From contig NW_021837026.1 of assembly GCF_006345805.1 (NCBI RefSeq), positions 1-64,000 on the forward strand: 64,000 nucleotides of DNA, written 5' to 3'. The stretch's first letter is position 1; every line of letters begins with the position of its first letter. Made by a program: the position numbers and the translations under genes. This document shows positions 25,271 to 37,435 of the stretch, piece by piece. The DNA comes from Octopus sinensis. Its lineage: Eukaryota. A model generated the notes under the pieces. It did not search any database. It was not told where the DNA came from and worked only from the letters and a program-made list of their open reading frames with translations.

Positions 25271-26407
25271 AATTTCATTATTATTATTAGATCAGGGTGA
25301 AGTGTGGAGGAATGATAGTGACCAGAATGTAAGGAAGTGAAGGACCGGAAGTGGAAAAACACGATGTCGTGTATCTTACTTTCCCTTGCTTTTCCCTCTG
25401 GCTGAGTAGACCTGTATCTCCCCTGTAGCATCAGACGTGGGTGACATGCAACATATTTACATCTATACATATGTTGGCACAAACCGAAAAGATCCTTATC
25501 CATTTTATAGCGGAGCGACTATCATTGTGGAGCACTGACTTAATGACACACTATAATTTCATCAGTATGAAAGAAAGAGGGGTCACCATCTTGTTCGTAA
25601 CAACAAGAAAATAGAAGTTCACGAGACGTTTGTAATAAGTCATAACTCCAAGCTTAAAACATTACATGAATACCGTAAATCCTTGAGTATAATCCACACT
25701 TTTTTCCCCAAAATTTAAAGGTCAAAATCCCTAGTGCATACTATATACGAGGTTAAAAATGAAAAACATTTTCTAAGCAATGTCCGAGTCTCTGCTGTCC
25801 GGCAATGTTTACTTGATGCATTTTGTGATGTCGGGTGCAAAAATACGTTAAGCTAAGCCTGAAAGCAATGAAGTCATAAAAGAATCATCCATAACTTGCA
25901 GTAAGAAACATTTATTAAAATAAAAGCATTCAGAACACAGGATAACATGTAACAAAAACAATTTGCAAACATATTTACATTCCCATATAACAGTTAAGAA
26001 CATCACCATTATTGTATTACGCATGCACGGAAGTGTTTGTTCAACTGGGTGCTGCTGGCTTAATTATGCATGGATTGTGCTTAATAGTTTAGCGCTAATA
26101 GTTCATCCTGCTGAATTTTTGGAAAGCATTCACATTTCATTTGAAAAACATGTCCTACCAATCTTCACTGAATTCTCATCAACATGCTTTGAATACTGGA
26201 CATATCACATTTTTCTAAGATTTTTACATTTGATGTCTTATTTTGCCATTTGGTTGCATATGCTATGGTGCATACACCACATTTGAAAGGTTTGGAGATT
26301 TTCTATTTCCCTATCGAAGTGAGTCCCTGCTTCTGCCCCAGACATAAACACGCTCAAAATACGAGACTTGTATACACTTATTCTAGCTATCAGACTGACA
26401 TCCTGTC

Positions 26408-26440
<33 letters not shown>

Positions 26441-26461
26441 TTATATATTTATATCAAATTA

Positions 26462-26992
26462 CAAAATAAGAAAATGGAGGAACAGATTAATTTCAATCAT
26501 CAACTTCCAGATAATACCAATTCATATAATTTATTAATTAATTATTTAGGAACATCCAGATCAAACAGAATAAAACAGTACACATCAATGAGTAAGATAA
26601 TACCATAAGAACAATACATATAAATAAATATAAATATAAAAATATAAAATGTTCTTATGGTATTATATTACTCATTGATGTGTACTGTTTTGTTCTTTAT
26701 TATTCTGTTTGATCTGGATATTCCTAAATAATTAGTTAATAAATTATATGAACTGGTATTATCTGGAAGTTGATGATTGATAGAAATCTATTCCTTCATT
26801 TTCTTATTTTGTATTATGAATTTGAGGTAAAACATTTTACCTTTGCCCATATAATACATGAATTAATTGCATTGCAATTCTTAGCATTTATGTATTAGCC
26901 TTTCTGGGTACTTTACTGGCAGTATATTGGATAAATGATATCCCATAGTGGGTTACACTCATAACCCCTATCTCACTTTATGTATCAAATTA
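26462..26992. repeat. AT-rich insert containing a palindrome of about 350 bp
   Basis: Arms about 26462-26612 and 26650-26812; TATCAAATTA duplicated at 26452-26461 and 26983-26992; partial copy at 38660-39170. Confidence 0.7.
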
Positions 26993-27773
26993 AATACACA
27001 ACTGAAAGCGCTACGACTTGTTACATGCTGTTACGATACTTGAACAGGAATATTTATAAAATGCGCCATGTATATTAAGAGCATATAACCAAAGAAACCA
27101 AGCCAAACCCACATTTGACTGATATTTGTCCTCATCTTGTTGTTCACACAACATTTCAGCTGATATATTCTCCAGCCTTCATCAGGTGTATTGGGGAAAT
27201 TTTGAAGCTGGGTTCTCGTTCCTAAGGTATTTCCCCAAGACACCTGATGAAGGCTGGAGAGTATACCAGTTGAAATACTGTGTTAACAACAAGATGAGGA
27301 CGAATATCAGTCTAAAGTAAATAACGTACATAATTCCGAATCTCTCAAATATAGAACGACACAATCCAGGTCTGACTGGAACCTGGAGAAGCACTCTGGC
27401 TTGCCAGCACCTGTCACACTTTCCCATCCATGCCTGGATGGTAAGGATGATGGAGATGATGATGATGATCAAAACACAACAAAGACAAAATCAATGTCAC
27501 TTAAAACTTTTATTCCTTATTCCCATTCCTTTATTCTCTTATAACAAATTCCTGAAAAATCCAGCACAATCATCTTCAGAAGTCAAAGTCATCTCTGTGT
27601 TGATATATTTAGATATATAAATGATATTGAAGTTGTGATTCATGAATTTCATGTTGACATCCAAGAAACTGAAGTTGATAATGTCAAGCTTGAAGAGGAA
27701 TAAACCCTGTCTTTTAGCAGACAAAATATTCATAATTGTTGTCCTGTTGTAATAAATTTTGATATTGATACTG

Positions 27774-28405
27774 TTACACCTGTGTATGAATACTCACATG
27801 TGTACTTAAGTGGCTTTTTTGAGAGAAAGATTTACCACAGACATCACAGTGATATGGTTTCTCTCCTGTATGAATACGTTTATGGACAGTCAAGTCACTA
27901 TTTCTAGAGAATGATTTACCACAGATATTACAATGATATGCTTTCTCTCCTGTATGTGTATGTTTGTGATGAGTTAAATCGCTATTTAGAGAAAATGATT
28001 TACCACAGATATCGCACTGATATGGTTTCTCTCCAGTATGGAGAAATTTGTGACTAGTCAACTGACTATTTCTAGAGAATGATTTCCCACAGATAATGCA
28101 ATGAAATGGCTTCTCCCCTGTATGTGTATCTATGTGACCAGTCAAGGAACCACTTCGGGAGAATGATTTACCACAGACATCACAGTGATATGCTTTGTCT
28201 CCAGTATGAATATGTTTGTGACGAGTAAAGTTACTATTTTCAGAGAACGATTTACCACAAATATCACAATGATATGGCTTCTCTCCTGTATGTGTACGTA
28301 CATGACTAGTCAAGTGACTACTTGAGAGAATGATTTACCACAGTTATCACAGTAATATGGCCTCTCACCTGAATCAGGTGTGTTTGGTTTTCTTAAATCA
28401 TTCAT
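27774..28405 (-). pseudogene. G5: 7-finger C2H2 gene with a 1-bp frameshift in finger 1 (pseudogene or sequence error)
   Basis: ATG at 28405 ([28 protein letters not shown]). TCT CAA GTA GTC lacks one A relative to the family CAA AGT AGT, near 28322. The remainder is open (ORF 27774-28313) to IHTQV*. Confidence 0.75.
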
Positions 28406-29014
28406 TATAAGATACTAATTTCTCATACGTATCACAATGATAATGATTTTTTCAATTCTATGAATATATCTGTGTCCAGTTGTGTCAGTATTTTCAGAGA
28501 ATAATTTAACACTATGTGTCTTTCGTGTGTGTTCTTGCTTAATATCTAAAACGGTAGATGTAAACAGTTAAAACTTTTGTAAATTTATCCAAGCTTAATT
28601 AACCAAGCAATCACCTTCTCTACATTCCAAACAGCGAAGACAAGTGAGTGTTGCTGTCAATTCCACCGAGAAAAAATATTTTCTTATCGTTTGTCGTTGA
28701 TGCATTGATGAATGTGCCTTATGAATATATGGTCTTCCTTTAATTGATGAGAGTCAATAGAAATATCAGAGGCACATCTGAAAGGAGAGATTTCTTTATC
28801 GTCAACATGATGTGATATTCTGAAACAGAAAAAAAGAAGCAGTGAGATAAAGAGAATCATTAAACGACATAATAATTCAACATTGCAAATCTTACAACAT
28901 CAACACTGTCATCCACTTAATGTCAATGTCTGCAGGGGTCGGGGTTCATTGAGGCATTGAAAGTTTAAAAATATATGAAAATGGTTGGAGGGTGAAATTT
29001 CCGTTTTTTATATT

Positions 29015-29710
29015 ATTGTATTTAAATTCTCCAGTAGAGCCATTTATTGGAGCATAGCAGAAATACAATCGTGTAAAGGGAAATAACCACACAACACCTC
29101 AACCTCGCTTCTTTTAAATTCTTAATTAAGGTGCTTAATTACTGATTCGTTGCTTATTTGTGAATACGGTAAGTTGATAAAGATTTCCTTTAAGGCTGTA
29201 AAGGTGATACTACTACTACTACTAATAATAATAATGTAAATGATAGAATTATGTGAACTTCTCTCGATATTACAGTAATTATTTTTCGAAGCGGGAACCT
29301 AACAACAATTAAGAAAATATGTTTACTCGTCTTAATTAATAACTTCCAAACTGAAATGTTGCTCTGTTGTTTATGAAAACCTATGAATCACCGTTACATG
29401 TGATATAAAGGAAATTAATTGGTAATACGAGAGTAAAATAGTTTAATTGATTAATTAGTAAAATTAGGGGAAACCGATTGAAGAATACCATATTAATTAA
29501 CGTTGTCCTGTTGTTTAAGAGGTTATATTAATAGTAATGATGCAGGTTTGAAATTTTGCCGAGGCCTGCAGTGTTTGAGGGGAGCACGAAGTCGAATACA
29601 TAGAACCCAGTATTTCCCGAAAAGGATGAAAGGCAAAGTCGACCTCGGCCGTATTTTCAGTCAGGAGTTTCCGCTGAGGTCGACAGTGACTTTCCTTCGT
29701 TTCGGGGTCG
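29015..29710. repeat. X module (reverse complement of 2070-2695)
   Basis: Direct sequence comparison. Confidence 0.75.
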
Positions 29711-29725
29711 CTATAATAATAAAAA

Positions 29726-30386
29726 GGCAATCTTTCGTCTCTAGTAGACCTTTCCGAAAAAATTTTTTTTGTTTTACATATGGGCTTGCGGGAAATTTTG
29801 AAGTAATGAGAGCGAAAGAGACTAAGAGAAAGCCATTTTTATGACGAGGGAAGTTCTTTTGAAGTTACCGTGCATGGCAAGCATTGATGTACATGTGTGT
29901 GTGTGTGTTTGATGAGGTGTGGGAGACAGACAGTATGTTGTGTAAGTGAAGTGCTTCTGTTAGTGTGTGTGAAAGAAAGAGATAACTGAAATTTTTTACT
30001 TGGTGTATGTGTATATGTATGTATATTACTTGAAAAGTTCCCGCAAGCCCATATGTAAAAAAAAAATTTTTTTACGGTGTGGTGTGGTGTTGAAGGAGTG
30101 TGACGGAGCGGGAGGGAGCGGAAGTGGGTCTTGCAGGGCGCATGCGCCGGCGGAAGCTGAAGTGACAGACAGAACGCACGTGCGGCATTGACCAAGCCAG
30201 ACAGACTTGAGAACGACGCCAACACGACAAGAGGCTAGCAAGTTGGCTGAAGGCGAATCCGACTTCATCTCCTCAGGTAAGACCAAATTACACTTCTAAT
30301 TCTTTCCTTGTTCTGTTACGCTCCTTTCACCACACGTATTACATAGGGAAATCGACGTAAAGTTCTACTAGAGACGAAAGATCGCC
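29726..30386. mobile_element. GG-terminal TIR element (661 bp) with GC-rich core
   Basis: 23-bp TIR GGC(A/G)ATCTTTCGTCTCTAGTAGA; absent from the paralogous site at 1790-2066. Confidence 0.8.
30100..30283 (+). promoter_or_regulatory. Candidate promoter, first exon and splice donor inside the TIR element
   Basis: GCGGAAGT, GCGCATGCGC (30138-30147), CACGTG, then CAG|GTAAGA at 30276/30277. Function is inferred. Confidence 0.45.
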
Positions 30387-30639
30387 AATAATAATAGTGT
30401 TGATGAGAATAATCTTTTGTACTTTAGACACGAGTTCAGGAAATTGGCGGGAGAAGCGGACGTCGCTTCCATGGAACAATGTGCGCTAATGTTTCTTGTT
30501 TGTTTTTACCTCGAAAGGATGAAAGCCAAATTCTACCTGGATGGGATTTGAACTTTTAGAGTGAAGACGGACGAAATGCTGTTATGCATTTTGTTCGGCA
30601 TGTGAACGATTCTGCTAGTATAACGTATTATTGCATATG

Positions 30640-30819
30640 TATTGGGTTGTCCGGAAAGTTCGTGCCGATTTTTGAAGGAAAGAAAAAGGTCAATAAATAC
30701 TTGCCAATACATTTTTAATCAACCAAATATGAACCGTTTTGTTGCACAATGCGTCTCCATCTTTCCTTTAACTTGAAAATACCCTCTTCCCAGAATTGAG
30801 GTGGTTTCATGCCAAAGAA
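30640..30819 (-). mobile_element. Mariner 3' remnant (duplicate of 1362-1541)
   Basis: TATTGGGTTGTCCGGAAAGTTCGTGCC TIR; reverse-complement identity to the first copy. Confidence 0.8.
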
Positions 30820-31402
30820 AAAAGGTAATGGAGGAAAACAGGTTAGAATTTAGAGAAATGTAGAAACGCTTCATCTATGTACAGAATGTTGTGAAAGTTT
30901 CAAAGCCTCAATGGAATCTGACCCCTGAAAACATAGACATTAAATGGATGACAATGTTGATGTAAGATTTGCAATGTTGAATTACTATGTCGTTTAACGA
31001 TTCTCTTTATCTCATGCTTCTTTTTTTCTACTTCAGAATATCACATCATGTTGACGTTAAAGAAATCTCTTCATTCAGATGTACCTCTGATATTTTGATT
31101 GACTTTCATCAATTAAAGGAAGACCATATATTCATAAGGCACATTCATCAACGCATCAATGACAAACGATAAGAAAATATTTCTTCTACGATGGAATTAA
31201 GAGCAACTTTTTTGTTGCCTTCACTGTTTGGAATGTAAAAAAGGTGATTGCTTGGATAAATTTACAAAAGTTTTAACTGTTTACATCTGCCATTTTAGAT
31301 GTTAAGCAAGAACATAGTGTTAAATTATTCTCTGAAAATACTGACACAACTGAACACAAATACATTCATAGAAATGAAAAAATCATTATCGTTGGGATAC
31401 GT

Positions 31403-32221
31403 ATGAGAAGTTTTTATCTTATAATGAATGATTTAAGAAAACCAAACAAACCTGATTCAGGTGAGAGGCCATATCACTGTGATATCTGTGGTAAATTATT
31501 CACTGAAGAAAGAGTCTTGACCAAACACAAATGCATTGATACAGGAGAGAAACCACATCATTGTGATGTCTGTGGTAAATCATTCTCTCAAAGTAGTTCT
31601 TTGACTAGGCACGTACGTACACATACAGGAGAAAAACCATATCATTGTGATATCTGTGGTGAATCATTTTCTGAAAGTGGCCACGTGACTATGCACAGGC
31701 GTACTCATACAGATGAGAAGCCATATCATTGCAATATCTGTGGTAAATCATTCTCTCGAAGTAGTGACTTGTTTAGACACCAGCGTACACATACGGGAGA
31801 AAAACCATATCATTGTGATATCTGTGGTGAATCATTTTCTCAAAATAACTCTTTAACTTATCACAAACGTGTTCATACAGGTGAGAAGCCATATCATTGT
31901 AACATCTGTGGTAAATCTTTCTTTATAAATAGTAACTTAACAATACACAGACGTATTCATACAGGAGAGAGGCCATATCATTGTGATATCTGTGATAAAT
32001 CATTCTCTACCAATAGTCATTTGACTCGTCACAAATATATTCATACTGGAGAAAAACCATATCATTGTGATATCTGTGATAAATCATTCTGTAGGAATAG
32101 TGACTTGACTAAACATAAACGTATTCATACTGGAGAAAAACCATATCATTGTGATATCTGTGATAAACCATTCTCTAGGAATAGTGACTTGACTAAACAT
32201 AAACGTATCCATACTGGATAA
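31403..32221 (+). CDS. G6: C2H2 zinc-finger protein truncated by a nonsense codon (8 fingers plus 1 degenerate)
   Basis: 272-aa ORF with the conserved ATG at 31424. The stop is GGA TAA in a TGEKP linker; decayed fingers continue to the TQV* terminus at 32436. Confidence 0.8.
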   Translation: MRSFYLIMNDLRKPNKPDSGERPYHCDICGKLFTEERVLTKHKCIDTGEKPHHCDVCGKSFSQSSSLTRHVRTHTGEKPYHCDICGESFSESGHVTMHRRTHTDEKPYHCNICGKSFSRSSDLFRHQRTHTGEKPYHCDICGESFSQNNSLTYHKRVHTGEKPYHCNICGKSFFINSNLTIHRRIHTGERPYHCDICDKSFSTNSHLTRHKYIHTGEKPYHCDICDKSFCRNSDLTKHKRIHTGEKPYHCDICDKPFSRNSDLTKHKRIHTG

Positions 32222-32280
32222 AAACCATATAATTGTGATATCTGTGATAAATCATTCTCTACGAATAATCATTTGACTAA

Positions 32281-32433
<153 letters not shown>

Positions 32434-32882
32434 TAACTGTATCAATATCAAAATTTATTAGAACATGACAACAATTATGAATATTTTGTCTGCTAAAAGA
32501 CAGGGTTTATTCCTTTTCAAGCTTGACATTATCAACTTCAGTTTCTTGGATGTCAACATGAAATTCATGAATCACAACTTCAATATCATTTATATATCTA
32601 AATATATCAACACAGAGATGACCTTGATTTCTGAAGAGGATAGTGCTGGATTTTTGAGGAATTTGTTATGAGAGAATAAAGGAATGGGAATGAGGAATAA
32701 AAGTTTTAAGTGACATTGATTTTGTCTTTGTTGTGTTTTCATCATCATCCTCTAACATCCATTTTTAGCATCCGTCTTCTATGCAGGCTTTGATGGGAAA
32801 GTGTGACATGAGCTGGCAAGCCAGAGTGCTACTCCATGTTCCTGTCAGATTGGGCTTGGTTTCTTTGGCTCTATGCCCTTAA

Positions 32883-33104
32883 CCCTTTCAATACCAACCC
32901 AGCCAAAACCAGTTCTGGCTCTATAGCACAAATGTCTTGTTATCATAAATTTTGAATTAAAATCTTCCACCAAACCTTAGTCACAATTTATGTTCCTAAC
33001 ACTAGCTTAATGATAATGAAGTTATTTTACTAAATTCTTTGTTATATTTAAAATTAATTGAGAGAAACACAGAGCATCTCAACAGAAATATGGTAATGAA
33101 AGGG
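32883..33104. mobile_element. piggyBac-like MITE (same site as behind G2 and G4)
   Basis: TTAA|CCCTTTCAATACCA ... TGGTAATGAAAGGG|TTAA. Confidence 0.8.
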
Positions 33105-33544
33105 TTAAGATACATGGCGCATTTTATAAATATTCCTGTTCAAGAATCATAACAGTATCAAACAAGTAGTAGCGCTTTCAGTTGTGTATTTAATTTGATA
33201 TATGTATTTGTGTGAACATGATATCAGTCTGACAACTAAAATAATAGAAATCTTGTATTTTGAGTATTTTTTTCATATGAGGCAGAAGCATGGACTCCCT
33301 TCTACGAAGAAATAGAAAGACTGAAATTTTTTCGCATGTGGTGTCTGGAGCACAACATATGCAACAAAATGGCAAGATAAGACATTAAATGTAAAAATTT
33401 TAGTAAAATGTGATATGTCCAGTATCCAAGGCGTACGGATGAGAATTCAGTGCAGATGGGTGCAAGAGATGTTTTCCAAAGACGAAATGATCGCATTCCA
33501 AAAATTCTTCTGTAAGGCCAACAAGTGGCAGAGGAACTCGTCTG

Positions 33545-34420
33545 GTCCCCGTGCCGGTGGCACGTAAAGAGCACCATTCAAGCGTGGTCGCTGCCAGACT
33601 CCTCTGGCACATAAAAGGCACCCGCTACACTCACGGAGTGGTTGGTGTTAGGAAGAGCAGCTAGATGTGATGTCTTGGGAAAGCCATTGCCTAGATCCAT
33701 CTGTATGGCGTAAAATGTGTCACGATGCCATGTGAAGAATTTGAGTTGATGAAAATGAACAGTAGCAGGCCTATATCCTCCAACCAACAGACACATTCGC
33801 TCAATCCTTTGCACAATCGACGTCCCCATTGCAACTTCATGGCAAAATCCATTTCTGGACTTGGATTCCAGCAATTGCCAGGACCGCTGGACTGACTCCT
33901 GTGCAGGTGGCAAGTGAAGAAACATCATTTCGACCCTGTGCTTGAGGAGACATATTGAGTCAAGTACACCAACATCAAAATCAATGGAAACTGCAACTGT
34001 GATCCCTGTGCCAGTGGAATGTAAAAAGCACCATCCGAACGTGGCCGATGCCAGCACCGCTTTGACCGGCTTCCTTGCCGGTGGCATGTAAAATGCACCG
34101 AACCGATCGTGGCCGTTGACAGCCTCGCCTGGGATATGGTGGCCGTTGCCACTGCTGCCCCGACTGGCCTCGTGCCGGTGGCACATAAAAATCACCATCT
34201 TATCGTGGCCGTTGCCAGCACCGCCCCGACTGGCCTCCGTGCCGGTGGCACATAAAGAGCCCCCACTACAATCATGGAGTGGTTGGCGTTAGGAAGGGCA
34301 TCCAGCTGTAGAATCACTGACAGATCAGGTTGGGCCTGGCACAGCCTTCTGGCTTCCCAGTCCCCAGTTGAACCGTCCAACCCATGCCAGCATGGAAAAT
34401 GGACGTTAAATGATGATGAT
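33545..34420 (-). mobile_element. SINE family D cluster (GTGCCACCGGCAC subrepeats, CATCATC end)
   Basis: Multi-copy; GGAAGGGCATCCAGCTGTAGAA and GGACGTTAAATGATGATG. Confidence 0.7.
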
Positions 34421-34611
34421 GTCACATATGTACACATACAGGAGAGAAGCCATATCAGTGCAATATCTGTGGTGACAGACGACTTATAGACAGGAATTTC
34501 ACTGAGCAAAGAAAGGAATTCCGATTAGTCACAAGGGAGGGCTGAGAATTCAGATGGCCATTTGTGTTCACCCCAAACGTGTGCAGTTGATGAGAGCGGG
34601 ATAAACAACAG

Positions 34612-34990
34612 GTGCAGGAGTGGCTGTGTGGTAAGTAGCTTGTTTACCAAACACATGATTTGGGTTCAGTCACACTGGGTGGCACCTGGGCAAGTGTCTT
34701 CTACTATAGCCCTGGGCTGACCAAAGCCTTGTGAGTGGATTTAGTAGATGGAAACTGAAAGAAGCCCGTCGTATATATGTATGTATGCGTGTGTGTGTCT
34801 GTGTTTGTCACCCTAGCATTGCTTGAGAACCGATGCTGGTGTGTTTGTGTCCCTGTTACTTATCGGTTTGGCAAAAGGAGACCGATAGAATAAGTACTGG
34901 GCTTACAAAAAGAATAAGTCCTGGGGTCGAGTTCCTCGATTAAAGGCGGTGCTCCAGCACGGCCGCGGTCAAATGACTGAAACAAGTAAA
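34612..34990 (+). mobile_element. SINE family A
   Basis: Full-length forward copy. Confidence 0.85.
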
Positions 34991-35019
34991 AGAGTAACAC
35001 TTTTCTTCCTGGTTAATTT

Positions 35020-35560
35020 TACGTATATATTTCTTTCTTGCCCACAAGGGGCTAAACATAGAGGGAACAAACAAGGACAAAAGGATTATGTCGATTACAT
35101 CGACCCCAGTGCGAAACTGGTACTTTATTTGTCGACCCCGAAGGGATGAAAGGCAAAGTTGACCTCGGCGGAATTTGAACTCAGAACGTAACAACAGACG
35201 AAATACTGGTAAGCGTTTCGCCCGGCGCACTAACGTGTCTGCCAGCTTGCCGCTTTTTTAAATTTTACATATAGCTTAAGGTGCAGGCCCAGTGGTTAGA
35301 GCGTCGAGCTTACGATCATGAGGTTGTGAGTTCAAATCCCGGACCGGGCTGCGTGTTGTGTTCTTGAGCAAGACACTTTATTTCACGTTGCTGCAGAAAT
35401 GAGTTGCGACATCACAGTTGCCAAGTTGTATCAGCCCCTTTGGCTTACCACTTGGATAACACTAGCATGCATGGGTGATTGCTGGTCTTCCATAAACAAT
35501 CTTTCTAGGTGCAATCCCATGGTCTGTGTCGTGACTGAAGGGGTCTCAAGATCCACAACA
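35020..35560. mobile_element. SINE B (-) followed by SINE C (+), duplicate of 23575-24330
   Basis: Same order and junction sequence as the 23.6-24.3 kb copy. Confidence 0.75.
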
Positions 35561-35744
35561 TGCTGGGTCATGATGAGTACTCCAGATAACGTCTCAGTGG
35601 ATAGAATGCCACATCACATGTGGGATATTCAAAGTGTAATGAGCTTTAATGATAACAAAGGGGGGGGGGAATGACACTGTGTATATTTCAATGGAAGCAT
35701 CCTTACCACAACTGAATGGATGGTTATTAAACAATAGAGGGGCA

Positions 35745-37435
35745 GTCATCGTTAATCGCCTGGAAGCCTTTCAGCGACGTGCAACCAAGAGAATACCCTC
35801 CATCAGGCATTTGCCATATTCTGAACGCCTTACTTACCTGGGCAAGGATACATTGAAACTCCGATATTTGGCAGACACTCATAAAATTTTTAACCACTAA
35901 AAATAACTCTGAGCACCTTTTCAAACTCCATCCGTCTAACACCCGTGGACATGTTTATAAAGTCAGAAAACAGCACAGCTCCCATGACTTTTAGAAACAT
36001 TTTAGAATACCCTCCATAAGGCATTTACCATATTCTGAACGCCTTACTTCCCTGGGCAAGGATACATTGAAACTCCGACGTCTGGCAGCTGACTTGGCAG
36101 ACACCCATAAAATTATTAACCATCTTATTAACATTAACTCTGAACACTTTTTCAAACTCCACCTGTCTAACACCTGTGAACATGTTTACAAAGTCAGAAA
36201 AAAAGCATATCTCCCATGACTTTCAGAAACATTTTTTCACGCTAGGAGTTGCTGAAGTATAGAACAAAACGCCGGCATCAGTTGTTAGTTGTCGAGCACT
36301 GCATCCTTCAAAACTTCCATGCTTTCTGAGATTTGCCAACACTACACCTGATTTTCTCCCCTCCATACACACACATGCATGTATCTGACTCATACACTGT
36401 TAGCTTTCCAGACATTTATACATTACTGCATATGCTTTATACGCACTTTTGACAAGGTGTGGTGCACCTGACACTGTATACAATACCCTCCATCAGGCAT
36501 TTGCCATATTCTAAATGCCTTACTTCCCTGGGCACGGACACATTGAAACTCCGACGTCTGGCAGCTGACTTGGCGGACGCCCATAAAATTATTAACCATC
36601 TTATTAACAATAATTCTGAGCACCTTTTCAAACTCCACCTGTCTAACACCTGTGAACATGTTTACAAAGTCAGAAAACAGCACAGTTCCCATGACTTTCG
36701 GAAACATATTTTCACGCTAAGAGTTGCTGAAGTATAGAACAAAACGCCAGCATCAGTTGTTAGTTGTCGGAGCACTGCATCCTTCAAAACTTCCATGCTT
36801 CCTGAGATTCGCCAACACTACACCTGACTTTCTCCCCTCCATACACACACATGCATGTATCTGACTCATACACTGTTAGCTTTCCAGACATTTATACATT
36901 ACTGCATATGCTTTATACGCACTTTTGACAAGGTGTGGTGCACCTGACACTGTATACAATACCCTCCATCAGGCATTTGCCATATTCTAAATGCCTTACT
37001 TCCCTGGGCACGGACACATTGAAACTCCGACGTCTGGCAGCTGACTTGGCGGACGCCCATAAAATTATTAACCATCTTATTAACAATAATTCTGAGCACC
37101 TTTTCAAACTCCACCTGTCTAACACCTGTGAACATGTTTACAAAGTCAGAAAACAGCACAGTTCCCATGACTTTCGGAAACATATTTTCACGCTAAGAGT
37201 TGCTGAAGTATAGAACAAAACGCCAGCATCAGTTGTTAGTTGTCGGAGCACTGCATCCTTCAAAACTTCCATGCTTCCTGAGATTCGCCAACACTACACC
37301 TGACTTTCTCCCCTCCATACACACGCAAGCATGTATCTGACTCAAACACTGTTCGCTTCCCAGACATTTGTACATTTCTGCATATGCTTTATACGCACTT
37401 TTGACAAGTTGTGGTGCACCTGAGCACTGTATACA
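35745..37435 (+). mobile_element. CR1-clade 3' ends in tandem, including a 476-bp near-exact duplication
   Basis: ORF-track proteins at 36423/36899, 36437/36913 and 36459/36935 are identical and offset by 476 bp. Confidence 0.85.

Noticed and set aside
25671-26050. TACCGTAAATCC... resembling a Tc2/pogo-type terminus (copy near 37880)
   Set aside because: Only one end was recognisable and no convincing transposase translation was found; left uncalled.
33578-34198. 206-aa and similar ORFs in SINE D or foldback repeats (also 55331-55723, 59476-60039, 13528-13914, 43281-43798)
   Set aside because: They arise from GC-rich subrepeats of non-coding mobile elements and show no recognisable domains.
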